A stretch of 64,000 nt of DNA, from NCBI GenBank assembly GCA_965204535.1, contig CBDBEV010000001.1, forward strand, positions 2,906,892 through 2,970,891, read 5' to 3'. The notes under the pieces are model-generated. The model saw only the letters and a program-made list of their open reading frames with translations. It made no database searches and had not been told where the DNA came from. The stretch comes from a bacterium. GTDB taxonomy: Bacteria > UBA8248. A program made the position numbers and the translations under genes. Positions 31,726 to 39,961 of the stretch are shown here, in pieces. Numbering within the stretch: the stretch's first letter is position 1; every line of letters begins with the position of its first letter.

Positions 31726-32865
31726 TTACGGCATGGCCGCATACGGCGGCAGTTCGGGGGGCCGGACGAGCAGGGGCTTATCGCTCGAGAGCGATTCCAG
31801 AAACGCCAGCAGGTCTTCTTTCTCCTCGTCCGAAAGTCCCAGTTTCTTGATGAGGGGACTCTTGTTCGCATCCTCGCCGCCCCCTTCGTCATAAAAATCG
31901 ATGACCTCATCCAGTTCGAAAAATGCGCCGTTGTGCATATAGGGCGCAGTGTATTTGAGCTCCCTCAGGCTCGGGGTGCGGAACCTCCCCTTATCGGCCT
32001 CGCGCTTGGTGGTGTAGAAGAGCCCCAGGTCCCGGTCCGCCTTGCGGTAGACGGATTCGGGGACGCCGCGGATCACGTGCTGGTAGCGAAGCGTTATCTG
32101 CCTTAAAGGATCTTCCTCGAACGCGGGGCTCTTGGGAACGCCGACGTTGTGGTAGTCCTCATCCGAGAGGAGTGCGCCGTTGTGGCACTGGACGCACCCG
32201 GCCTTTCCCTGGAAGAGAGCCAGCCCGCGCTTCGCGCTGTCCGAGAGCGCCTTCTCCTCCCCTTTCATGAAGCGGTCGAAGGGCACGTCCTTCGCGTTGG
32301 AAACCACCGTGCGCTCGAAGGCCGAGATGGCCCGCCAGGCGTCGTCGATGGTCGGCCAGGGGGATCCGAACACCGCCCGGAAGCGCCTGACGTATTCGGG
32401 GACCTGGCGCAGGCGCTCCTCCATCATCATGGTGTCGCCGTTGCCGGCCACGTTGCCCGTGGCGGCGCTCTTCGCCTGCGCTTCGAGGCTCGTAGACTCG
32501 CCCGCCCAGAAGAGTTTTGCGTAGTAGGCGGAATTGAGGATCGTCTGGGAATTGCGCCAGTGCTGCGTGCCCGGATAGCCCCGGCTCAGATCGCCCCCGT
32601 CCCCCCAGCCGCTCTCGGGGCTGTGGCAGGAGGCGCACGACGTGCTGGCGTCGCCCGAGAGGCGGGCGTCGAAAAACAGCAGCTTGCCGAGCTCCACCTT
32701 GGCGGCGGACATGGGGTTGTCCGCGGGCACCGGGACAGGCGGCAAGGGTCCCAGCGGAGGGAATTTCCCCTCCTGGGCCGCGCTTGCTCCTCCCACCAGA
32801 AGTGCGGCGATGAAGCATACGGCCATCGTGGAACCCAGGAAGCAGTTTTTGATTCGCGCGTTCAT
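31726..32865 (-). CDS. Di-heme cytochrome c peroxidase/MauG family (IdrP-like)
   Basis: LGKLLFFD.RLS, CASCH, CVQCH, FRTPSLR, TAPYMHNG; start at 32865 with RBS gagga. Confidence 0.9.
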   Translation of the reverse strand: MNARIKNCFLGSTMAVCFIAALLVGGASAAQEGKFPPLGPLPPVPVPADNPMSAAKVELGKLLFFDARLSGDASTSCASCHSPESGWGDGGDLSRGYPGTQHWRNSQTILNSAYYAKLFWAGESTSLEAQAKSAATGNVAGNGDTMMMEERLRQVPEYVRRFRAVFGSPWPTIDDAWRAISAFERTVVSNAKDVPFDRFMKGEEKALSDSAKRGLALFQGKAGCVQCHNGALLSDEDYHNVGVPKSPAFEEDPLRQITLRYQHVIRGVPESVYRKADRDLGLFYTTKREADKGRFRTPSLRELKYTAPYMHNGAFFELDEVIDFYDEGGGEDANKSPLIKKLGLSDEEKEDLLAFLESLSSDKPLLVRPPELPPYAAMP

Positions 32866-32875
32866 GGCCGTCTCC

Positions 32876-33991
32876 TCAATTATCGCCGAGTTTGCGAAGT
32901 TCATAATCGGGAATTTTCGGCGCCGCAGCAAAAACCGTCTCGCCCGAGAGGCTCTTAAGGAACGCCACCAGGGCCTTCTTCTCATCCGCAGTCAGCCCCA
33001 GCGGCTTCAAGCGCGAGCTCTTGTTGGGGCCGCTCCCGCCGCCCCTGTCGTAGAAGGCGACGACGTCTTCAAGCGCGGCGAGTGCGCCGTTGTGCATGTA
33101 GGGCGCCGTCCGGGCGACTTCGCGCAGGGTCGGCGTGCGGAACTTGCCCCGGTCGCTCTCCTCTTTGGTCACGACGTAGAGGCCGGGGTCGGCCCTCAGG
33201 TTCATGAAGTTCGGGACGCCGATGACCTTGTTGAAGCGCCGGAAGGTGATGTGGCGCAGCGGGTCCTTGAATATCTGCTCGTTCTCGGGAACGCCGAGCG
33301 CGTGGAATCCGCCGTCGCTCAATAGCGCGCCGTTATGGCACTGAACGCAACCGGCCTTTCCGCTGAACAGGGCGAGGCCTTTTTGCGCCTCGGCGGAAAG
33401 GGCCTTTTTATCGCCCTTCAGGTAGTTGTCGAAAGGCGCGTTCTCCGAAGCGATGGTGTGCAGGAACGCCGCGATGGCCTTGAGCGCGCCGCCGAAGGAG
33501 GGCTCCCCGCCGTAGACCTCCTTGAATTTCTTCACGTAAAGCGGCACCTGCTTGAGCCGCTCGGGGAACAGCCGCCCGTCGACCAGCATGAAGTGGGCTT
33601 CGGTCAGGTGGTCCCGCACGAGCGTGGGCAGGTCGGCCCCGCTCAGGCGCCCGTCCCAGAAGACGCGCTTGTTGTAGGCGGCGTTTAAGAGCGTCTGGGC
33701 GTTCCGGAAATACTTGCTTCCCGGATAACCCGCCGAGAGCGCCTGCCCGTCGCCCCATCCCTTCGCGGGCTGGTGGCAGGCGGCGCAGCTGATCCCTCCG
33801 TCCCCCGACATCCGGGGGTCGAAGAACAGGTACCGGCCCAGTTCGGCCTGCGCGGGCTTCTGGGCCTTGGGCGCCGGCAGGGGCGCGAGAGAAGCCCCCA
33901 GGCCCGCGGCGGGGAGCAGAACCCAGGCGCTCAGCAGGACTCCGCAGAGTATCCGGCGCCGGACAACGCGAACTGATTTCATTCTTCGCAC
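32876..33991 (-). CDS. Di-heme cytochrome c peroxidase/MauG family (IdrP-like)
   Basis: LGRYLFFDPRMS, CAACH, FWDGR, CVQCH, FRTPTLR, TAPYMHNG. Confidence 0.9.
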   Translation of the reverse strand: MRRMKSVRVVRRRILCGVLLSAWVLLPAAGLGASLAPLPAPKAQKPAQAELGRYLFFDPRMSGDGGISCAACHQPAKGWGDGQALSAGYPGSKYFRNAQTLLNAAYNKRVFWDGRLSGADLPTLVRDHLTEAHFMLVDGRLFPERLKQVPLYVKKFKEVYGGEPSFGGALKAIAAFLHTIASENAPFDNYLKGDKKALSAEAQKGLALFSGKAGCVQCHNGALLSDGGFHALGVPENEQIFKDPLRHITFRRFNKVIGVPNFMNLRADPGLYVVTKEESDRGKFRTPTLREVARTAPYMHNGALAALEDVVAFYDRGGGSGPNKSSRLKPLGLTADEKKALVAFLKSLSGETVFAAAPKIPDYELRKLGDN

Positions 33992-34137
33992 CTCCCTGGC
34001 TGGCTGTTCTGTCTTCTGACGCTATCCCCTATCGGACATCCGGCCCGACCGCGCCGGATGAGAATATCGACCCCGGACTTCGGGGTTGTTGAAAGAGCCG
34101 TGTGGCTCGGGCATCTCCTCATCGGTCGGGTTACAAA

Positions 34138-34592
34138 TCAACTCCCCTCCTTAAACAGGGGACAAAGGCAACCCCCCCTACCCCCCCTTGTCAGGGGGGT
34201 ATAAAAAAGCACCCCCCGCAAAAAAGGATCAACTCTCCCCTTGAGGGGGTCGGGCTTTCCCCTCGGGAAGACCGACGAAGAGCTAAGGGCGAAGCCCGCA
34301 AGCGATTCGGTGGGGGGACATGCCACGGATAAAAACTCCCCCCACCACATCGGCCTTCGCACAAACCGCTCGGCCTCTGTCGGGCTTCCCGAGGGGAAAG
34401 CCCGACCCCCTCAAGGGGGGAGTTGATTGTTGAGCGCTCTACAAGGGGGGTTGCTCTTTCTTGCCCCCCTGACAAGGGGGGGTAGGGGGGGTTGTCCCTT
34501 CCGGTGAAATTCGATTGATCTGTAGGGGTCGCATATATGCGACCCTGCCTTTTTTCGCCGCCGCTCATGGGCCGCATGTATGCGGCCCCTAC
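34138..34592. repeat. Nested REP/MITE-like palindrome cluster
   Basis: Outer caacccccctacccccccttgtcaggggg pair encloses an actc.ccccttgagggg ... ccctcaaggggggagt pair; GTAG REPs follow. Confidence 0.8.
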
Positions 34593-34803
34593 AAAACCAT
34601 CGCCTTTGGAAACCATGGGCCTTTTCAGGGAAGCTTTTCGGGCGGCCCCCATCAGGCCGTATTCGACGTGTTCTCCGGTGAGGCGCCGGGACAGGACGGG
34701 CGAACCCGCGGATGCGAATCGAACGGTTCGCTTCTCGAGTGTTTTCACTGCATGCGGGTCGGTTCTCATTTTCCCGGGTCTTCCTCGTGTTGAAAATCCG
34801 GTC

Positions 34804-35547
34804 TTATTTCGCAGAAAACGTGAAGTCGGCCGTCTTCTTTCCTCCGGTGGAAATTTTGATCCTTTTCTTCTTGACCCCCAGGGCCGGGTGCCACGCCCGC
34901 AGCGCGTATTTCCCCGGCGGGACGTCTGCGATCTCGAAGCGCCCGTCCGCGCCCACGAGCGCGTAGTAGGGGTTCCGGGCCACGAAGAGGAATCCCTTCA
35001 TCCAGTTGTGCACGTCGCACTCGACCCGGACGATGGGGCTGCGCCGCACCTTCGCCCGGCGGACGACCTTCTTCCGCTGTTTGGGCTGGGAGATGTTCCA
35101 CATGGAGCGCTTCGCCCGGCCGATGATCTCGTAGGTGTGGATGTTGTGGTGGGCGGCGTCGCTGTTCAGGATGGTGACCTTGCCCCCCTCGGCGACGACC
35201 TGGAGGTAGGGCACGTAGGCGCACTTCTTCTGGTCCACCACGGCGCTCTTGATTTTCCCGGGATACGCCTTGCCCTTTTTGACCTTGTCGAGATAGACGA
35301 CCACGCCCCTCAAGGCGCCGTCTTTCGCGTCCACCTCCTGGCGGGTGACCTGGCCCTTGCCGCAGGCGTGCTGGTCCTTGGTGATGATGTATTTGACGGG
35401 GGCGGGAGGCTTTCCCTCGAAGCTCACCTTGCCGGTGATGGTTCCGCCGTCTTTGACGGATGCGGCCTTGTACTTCGCCAGGGAAGCGTTCGGGGCAAGG
35501 AGGAAAGGCAGGGACAAAACGAATGGCAGGATGAATGTACGAATCAT
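34804..35547 (-). CDS. Secreted carboxypeptidase-regulatory-like/cupredoxin-like protein
   Basis: Signal peptide; GGTITGKV, DQKKCAYVP, NSD..HHNIH, CDVHNWM, G.F.I.DVPPG.Y....WH. Confidence 0.75.
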   Translation of the reverse strand: MIRTFILPFVLSLPFLLAPNASLAKYKAASVKDGGTITGKVSFEGKPPAPVKYIITKDQHACGKGQVTRQEVDAKDGALRGVVVYLDKVKKGKAYPGKIKSAVVDQKKCAYVPYLQVVAEGGKVTILNSDAAHHNIHTYEIIGRAKRSMWNISQPKQRKKVVRRAKVRRSPIVRVECDVHNWMKGFLFVARNPYYALVGADGRFEIADVPPGKYALRAWHPALGVKKKRIKISTGGKKTADFTFSAK

Positions 35548-35835
35548 TGCGAGAATTCCCCCACGAAATCTTGCATCGGATCACGGCAACCCTGTCGTCA
35601 ACTGTTCCGGGTCGTTTTCATCCTCCTCATCGGCGGCGCGCCGGCGCGGAAAGGGAGCGTCCTTTCCGCCTCGGGCGTGCTTTTTATGAACGTATTCCTG
35701 CTTTTAATATAAGGACTGCGGCTGAATGTTGCAACAGGATGGAAATGCGGTTTTCCCCCGGTGAGCGGGCCGTTGGGAAAGCCCTGTATGCGTCCCCCGG
35801 AAACCGCCGACGCCTCTTTCCTAACCCTGAAAACC

Positions 35836-36197
35836 AACCCCCCCTACCCCCCCTTGACAGGGGGGTATGAAAAGGCGACGCCCCGCCGCCGAGATGAACG
35901 CAAATCAACTCCCCCCTTGAGGGCCTGTTGAAAAACCCCTCGTCGAGCGGAATTGATTGCCGGAATGACAATCAAAAGCACATTCACCCGTAGGGGCGGC
36001 CCCCTGTGGCCGCCCTGCCCCGTGGCTACGCTTCGCACGGACAGGCACGGGGGCCTGTCCCTACGGTGAACAATTCGATGATCGGGATTCCTTCTCCACC
36101 GGAGGGTTTTTCAACAGACCCCCAAGCGGGGAGTTGATCTTTTTTTTGCGGGGGTTGCTCTTTTTACCCCCCTGACAAGAGGGGGCAGGGGGGGTTG
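35836..36197. repeat. Nested palindrome cluster containing a ~199-bp MITE-like element (35922-36120)
   Basis: TIRs ggcctgttgaaaaaccc / gggtttttcaacagacc (16/17 match) sit inside two outer inverted pairs and enclose GTAG REPs. Confidence 0.75.
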
Positions 36198-36348
36198 CAT
36201 TCCAGCCGGGGGAAGGGCGGCCACGGTCGAACTCCCCTCTTCGGGAAGTTCGACACCCCTACGGGTTCGTTACGTTACGATCGGTTTTCGTAGGGACAGG
36301 CCCCCGTGCCTGTCCGTGGCCCCCGTGCCTGTCCGGGGCCGGGCGTCC

Positions 36349-37293
36349 TCACGGCCCGTAGCGCAGCCGCGCCGTCGCGCCCTGTTTCGCGAGCTGGCCC
36401 TGCGCGTAGCGCCCCGGCATGGCGGGCGAGCGCCAGCGGCCGGCGATTTGCATCTCGACCAGCGACGCGCCCGCCGTGACGAGGCTCTGCGCGCTGCCCA
36501 CCCTGAGGCTGTGCCCGCTGATGCGCCCCTCCAGGCCCGCCTCCCGGGCGCGGCGGACGATGATGCGCCGGATGCCCCTCTCCGAGAGGCGCCCCGCCTG
36601 CACCCGGCCCGACCTGTGGACGGCCCGGAAGAGCGCTCCTTCTCCGAGACCCGACCCCTCGAGCCAGGCCCCGACGCGCGCCAGGGTCGGGTCGCCCATA
36701 AACTGCAGGACGCCCGCGCCCTCCTGGTCCGTCTTCGAGCGCCGGACCAGCACCGTCTTCTCGCCCAAGTCCATGTCGGCGACGTCGAGCGCCGCGACCT
36801 CCGACACCCGGAGCAGGGCGTCGCTCGCCACCGCGATGATCGCCGCGTCGCGCAGCCCGCCCAGGGTCCCCGAGCGCTCGGCCAGCGCCGCCGCGCGGTC
36901 CGCCTGCTCCCAGCGAACGCCCGCCACCTTGCCGCTCCCGCGCTCTGCGGCCAGGCGCCGGAAGCCGGCCAGCACCCGCTCGGCGGCCGCCCCCACCGGG
37001 GAGGGCCACCCGCCCAGCTTCGCCCGGAAGCGCAGCGCCGCGACCGCCATGGAGGCTGCGGCCGCGGACAGCCCCCCCTCGTAGAGGTCCCCCAGGTACG
37101 CCGCCACCCCGGCGTCGGTCTCCGGGCGGCCCGAACGCTCGAACCCCCTGAGCGCCGTCTCGTACGCCCGCCGCGTGTTCCTGGACATCGACGCCTTCGC
37201 CAGGTCGGCGGCCGGGCGGGCCGGCGCCAGGGCCGGCCCCCTCGTCGAAGCGGCGTCCTGTACCGGGTCGGGTGGTGTCGCCCCCGTCGTCAT
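36349..37293 (-). CDS. Cre-like tyrosine recombinase
   Basis: S.NTRRAY N-terminal domain; catalytic LLRVSE (R), SKTD (K), SGHSLR (HxxR), GRW (W), GRY (Y). Confidence 0.92.
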   Translation of the reverse strand: MTTGATPPDPVQDAASTRGPALAPARPAADLAKASMSRNTRRAYETALRGFERSGRPETDAGVAAYLGDLYEGGLSAAAASMAVAALRFRAKLGGWPSPVGAAAERVLAGFRRLAAERGSGKVAGVRWEQADRAAALAERSGTLGGLRDAAIIAVASDALLRVSEVAALDVADMDLGEKTVLVRRSKTDQEGAGVLQFMGDPTLARVGAWLEGSGLGEGALFRAVHRSGRVQAGRLSERGIRRIIVRRAREAGLEGRISGHSLRVGSAQSLVTAGASLVEMQIAGRWRSPAMPGRYAQGQLAKQGATARLRYGP

Positions 37294-37478
37294 GGAGAGA
37301 AGCCAGCCTTCCGGGTCGGCGGCCGTTTCCGTTTCCCGAGGCCGCTCGAGCGCCACGTTGCGCCCGGGGGTCTCGTCAGGTGCCGAGTATAGACGGCGGC
37401 GGGGAATTTCCAAGAAAAAAAGCTGTTCCTGCAGGCGAATGTAGGCGGAGCCCCAAGCGAAGCGGCGGGTTTTCTGAA

Positions 37479-37681
37479 GTCCGATAATTGCTGTTATCAG
37501 ACAATATAATATCTCTCACGGCCATGTCAAGCGCAATTCCGGGGTCCCCGGAGGGGTTTCGGAGGCCGTTTTGCGCTTTTTTTCGCTTATTTTTCGCTCA
37601 TTTGCAGCCCGAATGCGCCCCGAAACGGGTTTTCCGGCGGAAAACGGGGTTTCTGGGGGCTGATAACAGCAATTAGCGGCC
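37479..37681. promoter_or_regulatory. Candidate invertible DNA segment bounded by two inverted 24-bp recombinase sites
   Basis: Left gtccgataa-ttgctg-ttatcagac (37479-37502). Right site (37658-37681) reverse-complemented reads ggccgctaa-ttgctg-ttatcagcc, 21/24 identical. Confidence 0.75.
37503..37530 (-). promoter_or_regulatory. Sigma-70-type promoter inside the candidate invertible segment
   Basis: Minus strand TTGACA (37525-37530), 16 nt, TATATT (37503-37508). Confidence 0.65.
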
Positions 37682-37911
37682 CCCAGGCCGGGAAAGGTGG
37701 GCGCATACCGCAGGGATTCGCCTCTCGCGGAACGACTCACTACCGGCCCGGACCATGAAAGGGTTCAAGTCCGCCGTATTCCAGGCGGCCCAAAATGCGA
37801 ATCACCAGTTTGTGAAGGCCCGAAATGAAAGCTGACGAAAGGAGGTTAATCGGAGAAAGCCGGAAATTCACGGAAAATCCCTTTTTCTATGTATCCAGGA
37901 GGACTCACTAA

Positions 37912-39804
37912 ATGATGTTCAAAGAGAAATCGATAAACAAGCTCTACGCTTTCGCGCTGGCGGCCGTGTTCGCGCTGACGCTGGCGGGCTGCGGCGGTGG
38001 CGGCGGCAGTGCTGCTGCGCCGGACCCGGAGCCGCCCGCGATGCCGGAACCGACCGCGGAGGAGACCTGCGAGGCCGACGGCGGCCGGTATAACGAGGAC
38101 GGCTCGTGCACCTCCGCCGCGGACCTTGCCGAAGAGATGGCCCTGAGCGGCGCGCAGGAAGCCGCCATGGCGGCGTATATGGCGGCGGCGGCGGCAGTAG
38201 CCGGCGCGGTGGACCCAGTGGCGATGGCGAACGCGCAGGCGCACGCAAACGCGGCCATGACAGCATCCGCCTCGGCGGCGGCGGCCACGGATTCGGCGAC
38301 GGCCATGGAGCACCAGATGGCGGCAGAAGCGGCCCGCGACATGGCGATGGAAGCGGCCGGCGAGCGCGGCCTGGCAATCACCAAGCTGGCGAACGCAAAC
38401 GCCAACCAGGCCGCCATCGACAGCGCCAAGCTCGTCGGCGTTGCGGTTCCCGCCCCGATATCCAATGCGGGAAGAGTGGGCAGGGCGATAGGAGCCGCTG
38501 CGGTGGCGACAGCCACGAGCGCCGATGGCAATGTCGACGGTAACAATGATACTACTGCAGATGATACTACCCAACAAGGCGCAGTGGTCACGGCATCGGC
38601 GAGCGACACCGGCAGTGGTCCCAGGTTAACGGTATCGGCGACGCCGGTCGGCGACTCCAACACCGCCAACAACGCCGTTACTTCACTGAGGAGAGGCGAA
38701 AGCCCAACGGCGATCACGACGCGCGGCGGCTGGGCGGGCGTCGAATTGGTCGCGTCCGCTGCTAATTCCGCTACTGACGCTGCGGCTACGGGTTACAGGC
38801 AGAATGCCCTCGTCTTCACGGACATCAATCCGCCCGCGCAGAGTTACAATACTACGGCTGAAACGGGCGCTATTCTTGATCTCTCTACAGCAACCGTAGT
38901 AGACACCACTGGAGATGGGACAGGAAATGCACCTGCAGTAAACCGGTCTGTAATCACCGGCGAGATTCCGGGAGACGGAAGCCACTTCACGGGAACGTTC
39001 AATGCGAACCCCACAGACAACAACCCGGCCCGGTCGGGACGGTTCTTCTGTCCTTCCGGCACGCCCTGCTCCATAAGCGTAGACGCCTCGGGTGTCCTCA
39101 GGGGAGTTGCGGGCTATCAGTTCCACCCCGCCCGAGCCGGGACTGTGATGCGGGGAGACTCGGACTACCTGACCTGGGGCGTTTGGGTGCACGTTCCAAA
39201 CGGCTTGCAAGCAACGAGCGCAACCGGTCTTACGAACCCCGCAACCGTCGCCGCATTCGCCAGCGGCAGGGACCCGTTCCAGGTCCCGGCCGATCTCACG
39301 GGCACGGCGACGTATAACGGCGTCGCGAACGGCCTGTATTCGGCGGGCGGCATGGTCGAGTACTTCGAGGCGGACGCCAGCCTGACGGCCGATTTCGGCG
39401 GCAGGGGCGCCAACGATTCCACTCCCGCTACACCTGGGAGCGACAACGGCCTCTTGGGAGCCGTCACCGGAAGCATCTCCAACATCAAGGCGGGCGGCAT
39501 GGACGTCGAAGGTTCGCTGACGCTGGGTAGGGCGCCGCTGGTCGCCGGTGATCCTGCGGCTGCGGCTGCTCCTACTGCTGGTTCCCCGGCTAACATCTTC
39601 AGAGGCAACACCCAAGGCACCCTGGGCGGCAGGGCCATGCAAGGTTCCTGGACAGGCAGGTTCTACGGTCCCAACAGGGCGCAGGGCGTGGCGGTCCGAA
39701 CCGAATTCCCCACGACGGCTGCCGGCACCTTCGGCGCCAGAACGCCTGCCGGCGCCCCAGGGGTCAGCATCCTGGGCGCATTCGGCGCGCACAGGCAGGA
39801 GTAG
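37912..39804 (+). CDS. Surface lipoprotein with C-terminal TbpB-like beta-barrel
   Basis: RBS aggagg; lipobox LAGC plus GGGGG; Ala-rich stalk; DYLTWGVW, GTATYNG.A.G, LTADFG, W.GRFYG, AGTF, terminal GAFGA. Confidence 0.8.
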   Translation: MMFKEKSINKLYAFALAAVFALTLAGCGGGGGSAAAPDPEPPAMPEPTAEETCEADGGRYNEDGSCTSAADLAEEMALSGAQEAAMAAYMAAAAAVAGAVDPVAMANAQAHANAAMTASASAAAATDSATAMEHQMAAEAARDMAMEAAGERGLAITKLANANANQAAIDSAKLVGVAVPAPISNAGRVGRAIGAAAVATATSADGNVDGNNDTTADDTTQQGAVVTASASDTGSGPRLTVSATPVGDSNTANNAVTSLRRGESPTAITTRGGWAGVELVASAANSATDAAATGYRQNALVFTDINPPAQSYNTTAETGAILDLSTATVVDTTGDGTGNAPAVNRSVITGEIPGDGSHFTGTFNANPTDNNPARSGRFFCPSGTPCSISVDASGVLRGVAGYQFHPARAGTVMRGDSDYLTWGVWVHVPNGLQATSATGLTNPATVAAFASGRDPFQVPADLTGTATYNGVANGLYSAGGMVEYFEADASLTADFGGRGANDSTPATPGSDNGLLGAVTGSISNIKAGGMDVEGSLTLGRAPLVAGDPAAAAAPTAGSPANIFRGNTQGTLGGRAMQGSWTGRFYGPNRAQGVAVRTEFPTTAAGTFGARTPAGAPGVSILGAFGAHRQE

Positions 39805-39821
39805 CAGGACAGCACGCCTTT

Positions 39822-39854
39822 CGGCCCCGGGCGTCGGCATGACGCCCGGGGCCG
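39822..39854. promoter_or_regulatory. 14-bp perfect hairpin between the two lipoprotein genes
   Basis: cggccccgggcgtc-ggcat-gacgcccggggccg; no U-tract. Confidence 0.6.
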
Positions 39855-39961
39855 GGGGATGAATGAACGCGGCACAAGGCGTCGCGCAGGAAGTAGATGG
39901 AATCTGGCTTTATCCGCTCGCCCCTTCCGTTTTCCCGGAAGGAACCAGCCTTAGGGGGCAA

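Noticed and set aside
28878-31850. 990-aa plus-strand ORF and other long antisense ORFs (e.g. 3310-4977, 4977-7001, 7259-9100)
   Set aside because: Shadow frames of well-supported genes in high-GC DNA, with no motifs.
34191-34769. ORFs across repeat clusters (also 48594-49208, 14849-15222)
   Set aside because: They are translations of palindromic repeats (NPPYPPL, SPLEG) without coding support.
37505-37510. Plus-strand TATAAT as a constitutive lipoprotein promoter
   Set aside because: No credible -35 or extended -10 upstream (cgataa at the expected position). The minus-strand TTGACA/TATATT pair fits better, though weak activity cannot be excluded.
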